From Candidatus Sulfobium sp. (GTDB lineage: Bacteria; Nitrospirota; Thermodesulfovibrionia; Thermodesulfovibrionales; UBA6898): a stretch of DNA of 64,000 bases. Below the pieces are notes generated by a model that saw only the letters and a program-made list of their open reading frames with translations, was not told the DNA's origin and made no database searches. The translations under genes were made by a program, and so were the position numbers. Position 1 is the first letter of the stretch. Every line of letters starts with the position of its first letter. Positions 30,298-40,931 of the stretch are shown here, piece by piece. The DNA lies in NCBI GenBank assembly GCA_037380845.1, contig JARRRI010000005.1, positions 1 through 64,000 of the forward strand, in the 5' to 3' direction.

Positions 30298-31410
30298 TCA
30301 GTTCTCAACCCCGGTGAACAGGTCCTTGAGCTTTTCTTTGAATGTCTTGGATACTTCGTCGCCGTTTATGGCGGCGAATTCCTCCAGAAGTTCCCTCTGC
30401 CGCGCATTGAGTTTTTTCGGAACCTCTACGTGGACTCTCACCGCCTGATTGCCCCTCTGGTGTCCGCCCACCCTCGGAGCGCCCTTGCCCTTGATATAGA
30501 AAATCTTGCCGGAGGGCGTACCCGCAGGTATTTTGAGGTGTGAGGCTCCGTCCAGAGTAGGGACCTCGGTCTCGCCCCCCAGGGCCGCCTGGGGAAAGGA
30601 GATCGGAATTTCGCAGAAGATCTCGGTGCCGTCTCTTTTGAAGAATGGATGCTCTTCGACATCGAGGATGATATAGAGGTCGCCCTTCGGCCCCCCGTGG
30701 GCGCCGGGCTCACCCTCGCCGTATATCTTCAGTCTGGAGCCCCTGTCGACGCCCGGCGGGATCTTCACGCTTACACTCTTGTCAATCTGGACCTGTCCCT
30801 GTCCCTTGCACATCTTGCAGGGATCGGTGATGATCTTGCCCCGGCCGTAACACTTGCCACACGTCTTGGAGACGCTGAAGAACCCCTGCTGAAAACGGAC
30901 CTGCCCGGTGCCCCTGCAGGCGGGACAGACGGTGGGGTTCTTGCCCGGTTCGGAGCCCGAGCCCCGGCATTCCGGGCATGTTTCCAGTCTCGGGAAGCTG
31001 ATTGTCTTTTCCGTTCCGAATACAGCCTCTTCCAAGGATATGGTGAGGTCATATCGCAGATCGTTGCCCCTTGCGGGTCTCGTCCTCCTCTGGCCGCCGA
31101 AGGCCCCGAAGAAATCTCCGAAAATGTCCTCGAAGATATCACCGAAACCTGCCCCGCCGGTAAACGGCCCGTAGCCTGCGCCCATCCCCTCGGCCGTTCC
31201 GAACCTGTCGTAGTTAGCGCGCTTCTGTGGATCGATCAGGCACGAATATGCCTCGTTGATCTCTTTGAACTTGTCTTCCGAAGCCTTGTCGTCGGGGTTT
31301 CTGTCGGGGTGATATTTAAGGGCGAGCTGTCTGAAAGCCTTTTTTATCTCGATCTCCGAAGCGCCCTTCGCAACACCGAGTATCTCGTAGTAGTCCTTCA
31401 CTTGGTTCAT
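30298..31410 (-). CDS. dnaJ: Chaperone DnaJ
   Basis: HPD J-domain, G/F region, four CxxCxGxG. Confidence 0.98.
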   Translation of the reverse strand: MNQVKDYYEILGVAKGASEIEIKKAFRQLALKYHPDRNPDDKASEDKFKEINEAYSCLIDPQKRANYDRFGTAEGMGAGYGPFTGGAGFGDIFEDIFGDFFGAFGGQRRTRPARGNDLRYDLTISLEEAVFGTEKTISFPRLETCPECRGSGSEPGKNPTVCPACRGTGQVRFQQGFFSVSKTCGKCYGRGKIITDPCKMCKGQGQVQIDKSVSVKIPPGVDRGSRLKIYGEGEPGAHGGPKGDLYIILDVEEHPFFKRDGTEIFCEIPISFPQAALGGETEVPTLDGASHLKIPAGTPSGKIFYIKGKGAPRVGGHQRGNQAVRVHVEVPKKLNARQRELLEEFAAINGDEVSKTFKEKLKDLFTGVEN

Positions 31411-31530
31411 TATCTCCAGTTCAGTCTCAAAATGGTCTTCTTCAATGATTATAAATTATCTGCATGGAAGATGTGAAAAAAATCGGTCTGCCGCTGTGTC
31501 CGGGGCTGTTATCGGGGACCGACTGTCTTT

Positions 31531-31559
31531 GGCGGGGGGGACGGCATGTCCCCCCCGCC
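31531..31559. other. Intercistronic GC-rich hairpin between dnaK and dnaJ
   Basis: Perfect 12-bp stem GGCGGGGGGGAC/GTCCCCCCCGCC, no U-tract on the coding strand. Confidence 0.55.
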
Positions 31560-31585
31560 GGACTTCCGGTTCGGGCTTATCTCGC

Positions 31586-33502
31586 CTACTTCTTGTCCTT
31601 GTCCACGTCCTCGAATTCGGCCTCGACGACTTCCTCTTCGCCTTCCTTTGTACCTTCTTTTGGTGCCTCGCCGCCGTCGCCGGCGGCCTGAGCCCCGGCT
31701 TCCTTATAAAGGTGCTCAGCCAGCTTGTGGGAGACCTCTGTCAGGCGGTCGGTAGCAGACTTTATTTCGTCCGGGTCGGAACTCGTGTCCTTCGCGCTCC
31801 TGCATTTTTCGAGTGCCTCCTCGATCTCCTTCTTTTCATCCGCGGAAATCTTGTCGCCGTAATCCTTCAGGGACTTCTCAACCGTATAAACGAGAGAGTC
31901 GGCGTTGTTTTTGGCCTCCACCAGTTGCTTCCTCTTCTTGTCTTCCTCGGAATGAGATTCGGCGTCGCGGACCATGTTCTTTATTTCATCTTCGCTCAGC
32001 CCGCTTGAGGCGGTGATCCTTATGGACTGCTCCTTGTTCGTACCGAGGTCTTTGGCGGAGACATGGAGAATGCCGTTGGCATCTATATCGAAGGTCACCT
32101 CTATCTGGGGTACGCCCCGCGGAGCAGGGGGAATGCCCACCAGCTCGAAATTACCGAGCAGTTTGTTGTCGGAGGCCATCTCTCTTTCGCCCTGGAAGAT
32201 CTTGATGGTGACCGCGGGCTGGTTATCGGCAGCGGTCGAAAACACCTGGCTCTTCTTCGTAGGGATGGTCGTGTTTCTCTCGATGATCTTGGTGAAAATG
32301 CCCCCCAGGGTCTCGATGCCCAGCGAGAGAGGGGTAACATCGAGCAGCAGGACCTCCTTTACGTCGCCCTTGAGTACCGCAGCCTGTATCGCGGCTCCCA
32401 CGGCCACGACCTCGTCCGGGTTGACGCTCCGGTTGGGCTCCTTGCCGAAGTAGCCCTGGACTTTCTGCTGCACCTTCGGAGTTCTCGTCTGCCCTCCGAC
32501 GAGAAGTATCTCGTCGACATTAGACGAGGACAGGCCGGCATCGGACAGGGCGTTTTTGCAGGGCGCTATCGTCTTGTCTACCAGGTCTCCCACCAACTGC
32601 TCGAATTTCGCCCTGGACAGTTTCATGAGAAGGTGTTTGGGGCCGGACGCGTCGGCCGTCACAAACGGAAGGTTAATCTCCGTCTCCGTCGCGGTCGAGA
32701 GTTCTATCTTCGCCCTTTCAGCGGCCTCCTTCAGGCGCTGCAAGGCCATCTTGTCTTTTCTCAGATCTATTCCCTGGTCCCTGTTAAACTCCTCCACCAT
32801 CCAGTCCAGTATCCTCAGATCGAAGTCGTCGCCGCCGAGGTAGGTATCCCCGTTTGTGGATTTGACTTCTATTACTCCCTCGCCTATCTCCAGGATGGAG
32901 ATATCGAACGTGCCTCCTCCGAGGTCGTATACTGCTACCTTTTCTTCCTTCTTCTTGTCCATGCCGTAGGCGAGCGCCGCCGCGGTTGGTTCGTTTATTA
33001 TCCTGAGGACGTTCAGTCCCGCTATGCGTCCTGCGTCCTTGGTCGCCTGCCGCTGGCTGTCGTCGAAATAGGCGGGGACGGTTATGACCGCATCGGTAAC
33101 CTTCTCACCGAGATAGTCTTCGGCCGCCTGCTTCAGTTTCTGGAGCACCATGGCCGATATTTCCGGAGGGGAATACCTTTTTCCGGATATCTCCACATGA
33201 GCGTCGCCGTTCTGCGCCTCGATTATTTTATAGGGAAGCCTCTTCCGCGCGTGGTCCACTTCAGCGGAGTTGTACTTGCGTCCCATCAGCCTCTTTATTG
33301 AAAAAATCGTGTTCTCGGGATTAGTGATTGCCTGCCTTTTGGCTATCTGCCCTACAAGCCGTTCTCCCTTGTCGGTTACCGCTATAACCGAGGGGGTGGT
33401 CCTGCTCCCCTCCTGATTGGGGATAACCACCGTTTCACCGCCCTGCACCACCGCCACGCAGGAGTTTGTTGTTCCAAGGTCTATACCGATCGCTTTAGCC
33501 AT
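31586..33502 (-). CDS. dnaK: Chaperone DnaK
   Basis: [23 protein letters not shown]. Confidence 0.99.
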   Translation of the reverse strand: MAKAIGIDLGTTNSCVAVVQGGETVVIPNQEGSRTTPSVIAVTDKGERLVGQIAKRQAITNPENTIFSIKRLMGRKYNSAEVDHARKRLPYKIIEAQNGDAHVEISGKRYSPPEISAMVLQKLKQAAEDYLGEKVTDAVITVPAYFDDSQRQATKDAGRIAGLNVLRIINEPTAAALAYGMDKKKEEKVAVYDLGGGTFDISILEIGEGVIEVKSTNGDTYLGGDDFDLRILDWMVEEFNRDQGIDLRKDKMALQRLKEAAERAKIELSTATETEINLPFVTADASGPKHLLMKLSRAKFEQLVGDLVDKTIAPCKNALSDAGLSSSNVDEILLVGGQTRTPKVQQKVQGYFGKEPNRSVNPDEVVAVGAAIQAAVLKGDVKEVLLLDVTPLSLGIETLGGIFTKIIERNTTIPTKKSQVFSTAADNQPAVTIKIFQGEREMASDNKLLGNFELVGIPPAPRGVPQIEVTFDIDANGILHVSAKDLGTNKEQSIRITASSGLSEDEIKNMVRDAESHSEEDKKRKQLVEAKNNADSLVYTVEKSLKDYGDKISADEKKEIEEALEKCRSAKDTSSDPDEIKSATDRLTEVSHKLAEHLYKEAGAQAAGDGGEAPKEGTKEGEEEVVEAEFEDVDKDKK

Positions 33503-34130
33503 CGTCTTCTTCCTCCTCTATTTTCACGTTTGTTTCGATTTGAGTTTCATCCGGGCTCCCGGCTTCCGTTCCCTGGTCCCCCGACTTCCGGGGTTTCACC
33601 GAAACGGCGACAAGGGACGGTCTGAGAACCTTGTCCCGGTAAAGATATCCGGCCCTGAATTCTTCCACCACCATCTTTTCGTCTATATCTTCCCGTTCCA
33701 CCTGGGTCATTGCGTGGTGAACGGCGGGATCAAAGCATTTGCCTGTGGATTCGATCCGCCTGAGGCCGAACTTTTCCAGTGTGCGCCGAAGTTCCTTGAG
33801 AGTGATATCGACTCCCTGAACCACCCCGTTGTCGGAATCGTGCGAGGCATGCTTGAGCGCCAGTTCCAAATGGTCGATCGCCGGCAGAAGTTCGTACAGA
33901 AGGGCCTCATTCCCGTAATTGATGAGATCTTCCTTTTCTCTGGATACCCTCTTCCTGTAATTCTCGAATTCAGCGTAAAGCCGCAGGTATCTGTCGTTCA
34001 AATCCTGCCATTTCTCTGCTTCGCCGGCCCCTTTCTCTTCCGGAACCTGTTCCGCAGTTTTTCTTTCTTCCGTCTCTCCGACGCCTTCATTTTTACCGGA
34101 TTCGAACTCCTTCTTTGAGCTTTCGTCCAA
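33495..34130 (-). CDS. grpE: Nucleotide exchange factor GrpE
   Basis: [20 protein letters not shown]...VLRP. Confidence 0.96.
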   Translation of the reverse strand: MDESSKKEFESGKNEGVGETEERKTAEQVPEEKGAGEAEKWQDLNDRYLRLYAEFENYRKRVSREKEDLINYGNEALLYELLPAIDHLELALKHASHDSDNGVVQGVDITLKELRRTLEKFGLRRIESTGKCFDPAVHHAMTQVEREDIDEKMVVEEFRAGYLYRDKVLRPSLVAVSVKPRKSGDQGTEAGSPDETQIETNVKIEEEEDDG

Positions 34131-34139
34131 AAAAACCTC

Positions 34140-35168
34140 CTATCTGTAAGAAAGTATATCGGTAATGTATGTGGCGGTCAAATCAACGATCGAAATGGCT
34201 CGCGCATAATTCATTCTGGTGGGACCGATTATCCCGATCGCCCCGATGGGCCTGTTGCCTTCCCTGTATGTCGAGGCCACCAGACTGAATTTCTTCATCT
34301 CGGCAAGAAAGTTTTCAGAGCCGATGAATACCTGAGTCCCTTCGGAATCCGAGATCTTGTTTAACAGGCCTATCATGATATGTTTATCCTCGATAGTCCT
34401 CAGGAGTTCCTTTATGCGGTTTATATCGGAGAAGTCCGGAAGCGCCAGCATCTCCGAGATTCCGGAGATATATACGTTTTCAGGCGAGGCAGAAATGGCG
34501 TCGCCGCAAATCTTCATCGCTTCGGCAATCAGGCCGTCGCACAGCACCTTCTCCCTCTCCAGCTCCCTCGAAATCGTCTGTCTTATCTCATCCAGGGTAT
34601 GGCCCGCAAAACTCGAATTTATGTATTCCACAATGCCGTTAAGGTTCCTCTGTGAGAGGTCCCTCTCCAGTGAAATCATCTTGTTCTGGATGATCCCCTC
34701 ATCAGTAAAAAGAATAACCCCCACCTGGTTATTTTTGAACTTTATCATTTCCATCCTGTTCAGTGTCGTACTGCCCGTATTCGGCGGGATCGTGATCCCT
34801 ATGTAATGGGAAAGCGAGGACAGCATTCTGGAGGCCTCGATGAGAAAGGAGTTGATGTCCTTCTTCAGTATCTCCCATTTCCTGTTCAGTGCCTGAACGA
34901 AATCGTCACTTATCATCTGATGTTCGGCCTTCATGCTGTCCACATAATAACGGTATCCCGTATCCGTCGGCACCCGCCCCGCCGACGTATGGGGCTGACG
35001 CAGCAGTCCCATATCTTCCAGGTCCGACATGATATTTCTTATAGTGGCGGGAGACAACCCGAACGAAAATTTTTTCGTCACCACCCTGGAGCCTACCGGC
35101 CCCGGGCAATTGATGTAACACTGGATAACCGCGAATAAAACCTCTTTGCTTCTTTCGTCCAGTTCCAT
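34140..35168 (-). CDS. hrcA: Heat-inducible repressor HrcA
   Basis: SPATIRN, QPHTSAGRVPT, GPTRMNY. Confidence 0.97.
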   Translation of the reverse strand: MELDERSKEVLFAVIQCYINCPGPVGSRVVTKKFSFGLSPATIRNIMSDLEDMGLLRQPHTSAGRVPTDTGYRYYVDSMKAEHQMISDDFVQALNRKWEILKKDINSFLIEASRMLSSLSHYIGITIPPNTGSTTLNRMEMIKFKNNQVGVILFTDEGIIQNKMISLERDLSQRNLNGIVEYINSSFAGHTLDEIRQTISRELEREKVLCDGLIAEAMKICGDAISASPENVYISGISEMLALPDFSDINRIKELLRTIEDKHIMIGLLNKISDSEGTQVFIGSENFLAEMKKFSLVASTYREGNRPIGAIGIIGPTRMNYARAISIVDLTATYITDILSYR

Positions 35169-35169
35169 T

Positions 35170-35196
35170 TTAGCACTCTCCCTTGTCGAGTGCTAA
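35170..35196. promoter_or_regulatory. CIRCE operator
   Basis: Exact TTAGCACTC-N9-GAGTGCTAA. Confidence 0.97.
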
Positions 35197-35197
35197 T

Positions 35198-35227
35198 AAT
35201 CTAACAAGTATGCGCCTTAACTGTCAA
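35198..35227 (-). promoter_or_regulatory. Sigma70 promoter of hrcA operon
   Basis: TTGACA-N18-TAGATT with extended TG, abutting CIRCE. Confidence 0.7.
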
Positions 35228-35268
35228 GCATTGCTGGTTTTTTTCCGCTGAGCCGGCGGCTTAAGGCC

Positions 35269-36105
35269 TTACCAGGGGAGTTTGTCCGACATCAGTTTCT
35301 CGTACATGTCCCTCGGCAGAAACGCGCACTTATGTATATCCCCGCTGTAATATTTGGTTTTAGCAGATATCCTGCGCCTGACCTCCCGGGGATCGAGCTT
35401 CTTTGAGCCGACCGAGAAAGTCCACCAGTTTCCGCCGTATGTGGCGATCGGGGCTGCGAAGAGGTCGACGACCGGGAAGACGGAACCGATAGTATTCTGG
35501 ACCTCGACAACGATATCCTTATGGAAGTGGAGCGACTCCGATAGTGTAACGACCATGCCGTTTTCGGTCAGGCAGTTTTTGATGGACCGGAAAAACTTTT
35601 TTGTAAACAGGCTCTTTGCAAACCCGACGATGTCGGTGGAATCGACGATCACCGCATCGATCTCTGAATGCCTGCTTTTTACGAATTCGGCCCCGTCCAT
35701 CACGTGAAGCTCGACACGGGGATCATCCATGCCCCTGGAGATGGAGGGGAAATATTTCTTTGAGATATTGATGACTTCCTCGTCGATCTCAACGAAATAG
35801 ACCTTTTCGACCGACTTGTGTTTGAGGACCTCCCTTACCGTACCGCCATCGCCGCCGCCTATCACCGCGACCTTCCTGGGATCCGGATGAGAGTGCATCA
35901 CCACATGAACGAGCATCTCATGATAAAAGAATTCGTCTCTCTCCGTGAGCTGTACCACGCCGTCCAGGGCGAGTATTTTCCCGAAGAAAGGGTTCTTAAA
36001 GACCAGTATGTCCTGAAACTCGCTTTTGCCCGTATACAGGACGTCGGTGACCTCGTACGAGTACTGGATCGGTGCGTAAGGGTCGTTTTCGACGAATTTG
36101 ATCAT
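35269..36105 (-). CDS. speE: Polyamine aminopropyltransferase (spermidine synthase)
   Basis: KSEFQ, DEFFYHE, IGGGDGG, VEID, IVDSTD; SD GGAGG before ATG 36105. Confidence 0.95.
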   Translation of the reverse strand: MIKFVENDPYAPIQYSYEVTDVLYTGKSEFQDILVFKNPFFGKILALDGVVQLTERDEFFYHEMLVHVVMHSHPDPRKVAVIGGGDGGTVREVLKHKSVEKVYFVEIDEEVINISKKYFPSISRGMDDPRVELHVMDGAEFVKSRHSEIDAVIVDSTDIVGFAKSLFTKKFFRSIKNCLTENGMVVTLSESLHFHKDIVVEVQNTIGSVFPVVDLFAAPIATYGGNWWTFSVGSKKLDPREVRRRISAKTKYYSGDIHKCAFLPRDMYEKLMSDKLPW

Positions 36106-36116
36106 GGGATGCCTCC

Positions 36117-37116
36117 TTATATAAGAATGGTTTTCGGTATTGCAAAACCGTTGAATTCCGAGGCATAGGAAATCGTATACGCCCCGCCTGAAAGAATGAG
36201 GACCAGGTTGCCGATTTCGGGCTCCGGAAGGAATATGTCTTTGTCGATCACATCGAAGCTGTCGCAGCTCGGCCCCGCTAGTGTCCATCTCTTTATCTCA
36301 CGGGAGCCTTCCACGATGTAACTGTATTTTATTCCGCCCACGCTCTCCATCAGCCCGTTGAAGACGCCCACGTCTATATACAGCCAGTCTTCGTCGGCCC
36401 TTCTGGCCTTCCCGATCACCCTGGATACAAAAATCCCGGCATCTCCGACGACCGCCCTGCCGGGCTCGATGAAGATCCGTGTGTCCCGTGGAAATTTCTC
36501 GTATATCAGACTGTTCACATTCTTTTCGATAGATGGTATGTCCACCACGTTCTTCGTGTAACGAATGGGATAGCCGCCGCCGATATTGAGCACCGAAAGT
36601 CTTATCGACTTCGACGGCGAACTTCTTGCTGAGGGGCCACTCGCTCCCCTCGTTGGGCACCGAAAGCCGGACGTAGACATTGCATCCGGGGGCGTACTCC
36701 CGGAGTTTCAGCACCTCGTCTTCGGAATCGAATGCAAAGTAAGAGATGCCGTAATCCGTGGCCATGCGGAGGAACCGGAAGGACTTTATGGGGTTGCTCG
36801 AAATTATCCTGTCCCTGCTTACCCCGAGGGAAGAAAGGATCCTCAATTCACCCTCCGAGGCTATTTCGAATCCTATCCCCAGGCCGTGTATAAGTTTCAG
36901 CATCTCTATATCGGGATTCGCTTTGACCGCATAAAAGACGCGCGATCCCTTGACCGCCCTTCCGATCGAGGAGACCTTCTGCTTTACCTTGTCTTTGTCG
37001 ATAAGAAGGAAGGGCGGTTCGGTTCCGGATGACTTCAGAAAGGCCGTAACCTTGCGGATCGTAAATTTCGATGCGATCTCGGTATGGAGCTTTTCTATCC
37101 TGAACTTGTTTGCCAT
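36117..37116 (-). pseudogene. Type III PLP ornithine decarboxylase with internal deletion and frameshift
   Basis: N-half YAVKAN...WPLSKKF in one frame, C-half LNIGGGYP...EPGR...GPSCDSFD...GAY in another; the HVGSQ segment is absent. Confidence 0.85.
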
Positions 37117-37251
37117 AACTATCCGGTGAAATTTTTCAAACTTTTATTTAAAGACATTCGGGTAAAAAATGCAATATAAAATGCGGGCGGCCGCACAGGG
37201 CCTCCGGGCACCATTCAATCCTTTTTACGTCGATCTGTTAAACTTAAATTT

Positions 37252-38238
37252 ATGTCCATGATTCGCGTAGAGAACCTTGTCAGGAAATTCGGGAGCATAA
37301 CGGCTGTTGACGGTATATCCTTCGATGTTGAAGAGAGGACCATATTCGGATTCCTGGGCCCCAACGGGGCAGGGAAGACCACTACGATAAACATACTCTG
37401 TACGCTTCTTGCCCCCACTTCCGGGAAGGCCTATATCAGCGGCCACGACTGCCACAGCGAATCGTCGGAAGTCAGGCGGGCAATAGGCATTGTCTTTCAG
37501 GACAGCTCGCTTGACAAGGACCTGACTGCTCGTGAGAACCTTGTCTTCCATGCCCATCTTTACGGGGTCCAAAAGTCGGACAGGACCAGAAGAGTCGATG
37601 ACGCCCTCAGGTTTGTGGATCTTCAAGGCAGGGCGGACGATCTTGTGAAGACATTTTCCGGGGGTATGAAAAGGCGCCTTGAGGTGGCGAGGGGACTGAT
37701 CCATCGACCGAAGGTGCTGTTTCTTGATGAGCCCACCCTGGGGCTGGATCCACAGAGCCGGGCGAACCTGTGGGAATTCATCACTGAGCTTCCCCGCAGG
37801 CATGAAGTCACCATATTCATGACCACCCACTACATGGAGGAGGCCGAGGTTTGCGGCAGGATAGCTATAATCGACAAGGGCAGGATAATCGTATCCGGGA
37901 GTCCGCAGGAACTCAAGAACGCCGTGGGAGGCGATGTAGTTTACCTGAAGACATCGGACAACGGAAGGGCCGTGGAAGAGATACACAGCGTCTTTCATAT
38001 GGATGCGGAGGAGAAGGACGGTGAGATTTTCATTACTACCCCGAGGGGCGACGATTTCGTTCCCGAGATCATAAGGAGGATAGGCGAGAGGGTCCTGTCG
38101 GTGAGGATGCAGAAGCCCACGCTGAACGACGTTTTCCTGAAACTCACGGGAAAAGAGATAAGAGACGAGACGGTGTCGGCGGGCAGTGATATAAAGGAGA
38201 CGGTGAGGGCTTACAGGAGACGGCATGATAGAGGCTAA
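37252..38238 (+). CDS. ABC exporter ATP-binding protein (DrrA-like)
   Basis: GPNGAGKT, FSGGMKRR, LFLDEPT. Confidence 0.93.
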   Translation: MSMIRVENLVRKFGSITAVDGISFDVEERTIFGFLGPNGAGKTTTINILCTLLAPTSGKAYISGHDCHSESSEVRRAIGIVFQDSSLDKDLTARENLVFHAHLYGVQKSDRTRRVDDALRFVDLQGRADDLVKTFSGGMKRRLEVARGLIHRPKVLFLDEPTLGLDPQSRANLWEFITELPRRHEVTIFMTTHYMEEAEVCGRIAIIDKGRIIVSGSPQELKNAVGGDVVYLKTSDNGRAVEEIHSVFHMDAEEKDGEIFITTPRGDDFVPEIIRRIGERVLSVRMQKPTLNDVFLKLTGKEIRDETVSAGSDIKETVRAYRRRHDRG

Positions 38239-38992
38239 TGCGGTTTATGTCATAGTGGCGCGGGAATACAAGAGGTTCGTCAGGGAGAAGACCCGGCTGG
38301 TCTCGGCGGTAGCGAGGCCCCTTGTCTGGCTCTTCCTTGTGGGAGGAGGGATGTCCCGCCTGGTTCCGGTAAAAGGCGGTCTTTCCTACATGCAGTTCAT
38401 ATTCCCCGGAATACTGGGAATGACCATCCTTTTCAGCTCCATATTTTCGTCCATTTCGATCATATGGGACAAGGAATTCGGGTTTATGAAGGAGATCCTC
38501 GTGGCCCCGATATCGAGGTTTTCCGTGGTGGTCGGAAAGGCCATGAGCGGCATGCTGCTTTCTACCATACAGGCCGCGATCATTCTCGCATTTTTCCCTC
38601 TCCTGGGCCTGAAGGTCGGCCTTCTCCAGATCGTCGGCTGTCTGGCGGTCAGCGCGGTCCTCGCCTTCGCCATCGCGGCATTCGGGATCGTCCTTGCGAC
38701 ATTTTACGAAAGCTATGAGAGTTTCAGTGTGATCATGAATTTCATAGTGATGCCGATGTTCTTCCTGTCCGGGGCGATGTATCCGGTCAAGCTCATGCCC
38801 TCGATACTGCGGTTCTTCACCAGGCTGAACCCGCTCACCTACGGCGTCGATGCGCTCAAGCATTTTATCTTCCCCCTGGAGACGGGGGCGATGAGCGCTG
38901 ACTTTACTCTGGCCGCGGACGTAACGATGATAGCAGCGTCTGCTGTGGTATTTGTATTACTCGGAGGGAAGGCCTTCGAGAGAAAAGGGTAA
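38225..38992 (+). CDS. ABC-2 type permease
   Basis: FIFPG, DKEFG, FLSGAMYP, NPLTYGVDA. Confidence 0.92.
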   Translation: MIEANAVYVIVAREYKRFVREKTRLVSAVARPLVWLFLVGGGMSRLVPVKGGLSYMQFIFPGILGMTILFSSIFSSISIIWDKEFGFMKEILVAPISRFSVVVGKAMSGMLLSTIQAAIILAFFPLLGLKVGLLQIVGCLAVSAVLAFAIAAFGIVLATFYESYESFSVIMNFIVMPMFFLSGAMYPVKLMPSILRFFTRLNPLTYGVDALKHFIFPLETGAMSADFTLAADVTMIAASAVVFVLLGGKAFERKG

Positions 38993-39042
38993 AGTAGAAT
39001 TTATTAACGGCAAGGTTTAAACTAGAAACCCGGTTTAATTCG

Positions 39043-40689
39043 ATGAAAAAAGACGCTGTCAGAATACTCAGGGACGCTCTGATGGGGATGGGTGTAGACC
39101 CTCTTCCGGAAATAGAAGTCCAGATCCCGAAGGTGGAATCCTTCGGAGACATATCGGCTCCCGTTGCCATGGGTCTTGCGAAGACACTCGGAAAGCCTCC
39201 CCGCAAGATAGCGGAGGAAATAGTGGGGACCCTTGGGGATAACGATATCTTCGAGAAGGTGGAGATAGCAGGTCCGGGATTTATAAATATCACCTTCACA
39301 AAAGAATATCTCTTTGAGTCTCTGAAGGGTCTTCTCCGGGGTGAAAGGGCCTGCCTGAGGGAGGATGTCGGCCGCGGATCCAGGGTGCTTGTGGAATATG
39401 TAAGCGCAAACCCGACCGGGCCGCTGCATATAGGTCATGCGAGGGGGGCCGCGGTGGGCAACGCCCTCTGCAATCTTCTTGAGGAGTCGGGGTTCAGGGT
39501 CGAAAGGGAATATTACATTAACGATGCAGGCCGTCAGGTGAGACTGCTCGGCCTTTCGATTTACACCAGGTATCAGCAAATGCTGGGAGTCGAAACCGTC
39601 TTTCCGGATGAGGGGTATCGCGGCCAGTACATAGAAGAAGAGGCTTCCGAACTCTGCAACGAGGCGGGTGAAAGATACAGGAACATGCCTTTTGAAGACT
39701 GCGAAGAGGAGATCAAGGCCTGGGCCTACGACAGGATGATGGGACTGATAAAGAGGGACCTGTCTTTATTCAAGGTAAAGGATTTTACGAACTGGGTCAG
39801 TGAAAAAGGGCTCTATGAAAAGGGAGAGGTCGCTCGGGCGATTGAAGAACTGAAGCGGAGGGGACTCATTTACGATAAGGAAGGGGCCGTCTGGTTCAGG
39901 TCGAGCGACTTCGGAGACGACAAGGACAGGGTAGTCATAAAAAAAGACGGACAGTATACCTACTTTGCTTCAGACATCGCCTATCACAAGGACAAGCTCG
40001 ACAGAGGTTATGACATCATAATCGATGTCTGGGGAGCGGACCATCACGGCTACATCCCCAGAGTGGCATCGATGATGAAGGCCTTCGGATACGACAGTTC
40101 GAAGTTCCGGGTTATCCTGGTGCAGATGGTCAACCTTCTGAAGCACGGCGAGCCATTCCAGATGTCCAAAAGGGCGGGCACGTTCGTCACGCTGAGCGAG
40201 GTGGTGGATCTTGTGGGGGCTGACAACACGAAGTTCATCTTCCTCACCAGAAAATCGGACAGTCACCTGGACTTCGACATAGACGTGGTAACGGCCCAGT
40301 CGGCCGAAAATCCGGTCTATTACGTCCAATATGCGAATGCGAGGATAAACAGCATCTTCAGTAACGCACTGGAAAAGGGCATCGATACATCCGGACTGGA
40401 AAAGTTTGACCTCAATCCGCTGTCAAACGGCGAGGAACTGTCGATCATAAAGAAACTCCTCGCCTATCCCATGGTACTTGAAGGGGCGGCCCGCGCCTGT
40501 GAGCCGCACAGAATCACTTTCTATCTTCAGGAGCTGGCCGGTATGTTCCACTCTTACTATCACCGGCATAAAGTCATTTCAGACGACAGTGAAAAGACGA
40601 TGGCCAGACTTGCTCTCTGCAGGGCATCGAAGATTGTCCTGGGTGACGCCCTCTCGATCCTGGGGGTTTCAGCGCCCGAAAAGATGTGA
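39043..40689 (+). CDS. argS: Arginine--tRNA ligase
   Basis: SANPTGPLHIGH, WGADHHGY, MSKR, YVQYA. Confidence 0.98.
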   Translation: MKKDAVRILRDALMGMGVDPLPEIEVQIPKVESFGDISAPVAMGLAKTLGKPPRKIAEEIVGTLGDNDIFEKVEIAGPGFINITFTKEYLFESLKGLLRGERACLREDVGRGSRVLVEYVSANPTGPLHIGHARGAAVGNALCNLLEESGFRVEREYYINDAGRQVRLLGLSIYTRYQQMLGVETVFPDEGYRGQYIEEEASELCNEAGERYRNMPFEDCEEEIKAWAYDRMMGLIKRDLSLFKVKDFTNWVSEKGLYEKGEVARAIEELKRRGLIYDKEGAVWFRSSDFGDDKDRVVIKKDGQYTYFASDIAYHKDKLDRGYDIIIDVWGADHHGYIPRVASMMKAFGYDSSKFRVILVQMVNLLKHGEPFQMSKRAGTFVTLSEVVDLVGADNTKFIFLTRKSDSHLDFDIDVVTAQSAENPVYYVQYANARINSIFSNALEKGIDTSGLEKFDLNPLSNGEELSIIKKLLAYPMVLEGAARACEPHRITFYLQELAGMFHSYYHRHKVISDDSEKTMARLALCRASKIVLGDALSILGVSAPEKM

Positions 40690-40759
40690 TGAGAGCAGGC
40701 TGGTTTCAATTGTCTTTTCTCCTTATTATTTAGTATCTTATACGAGTCCATTCCAGTGA

Positions 40760-40846
40760 GCCGGAGTGGCGGAATTGGTAGACGCAAGGGACTTAAAATC
40801 CCTCGTCAGAAATGGCGTACCGGTTCGAGTCCGGTCTCCGGCACCA
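40760..40846 (+). tRNA. tRNA-Leu(TAA)
   Basis: GCCGGAG/CTCCGGC acceptor stem, anticodon TAA at 40794-40796, long variable arm, GTTCGA, CCA. Confidence 0.96.
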
Positions 40847-40931
40847 AAAATATTACATAATGTTAACAGGGCATTAAAGGCGAAAGGTTAAAGTAATCTA
40901 TTAAGGCCTAATTCCTGACAGGGAACACATA

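Noticed and set aside
32063..33301. 412-aa ORF antisense to dnaK
   Set aside because: A well-known shadow frame of dnaK codon bias; no motifs.
40760..40846. tRNA-Leu as an island integration site
   Set aside because: No duplicated 3' end or integrase seen in the window.
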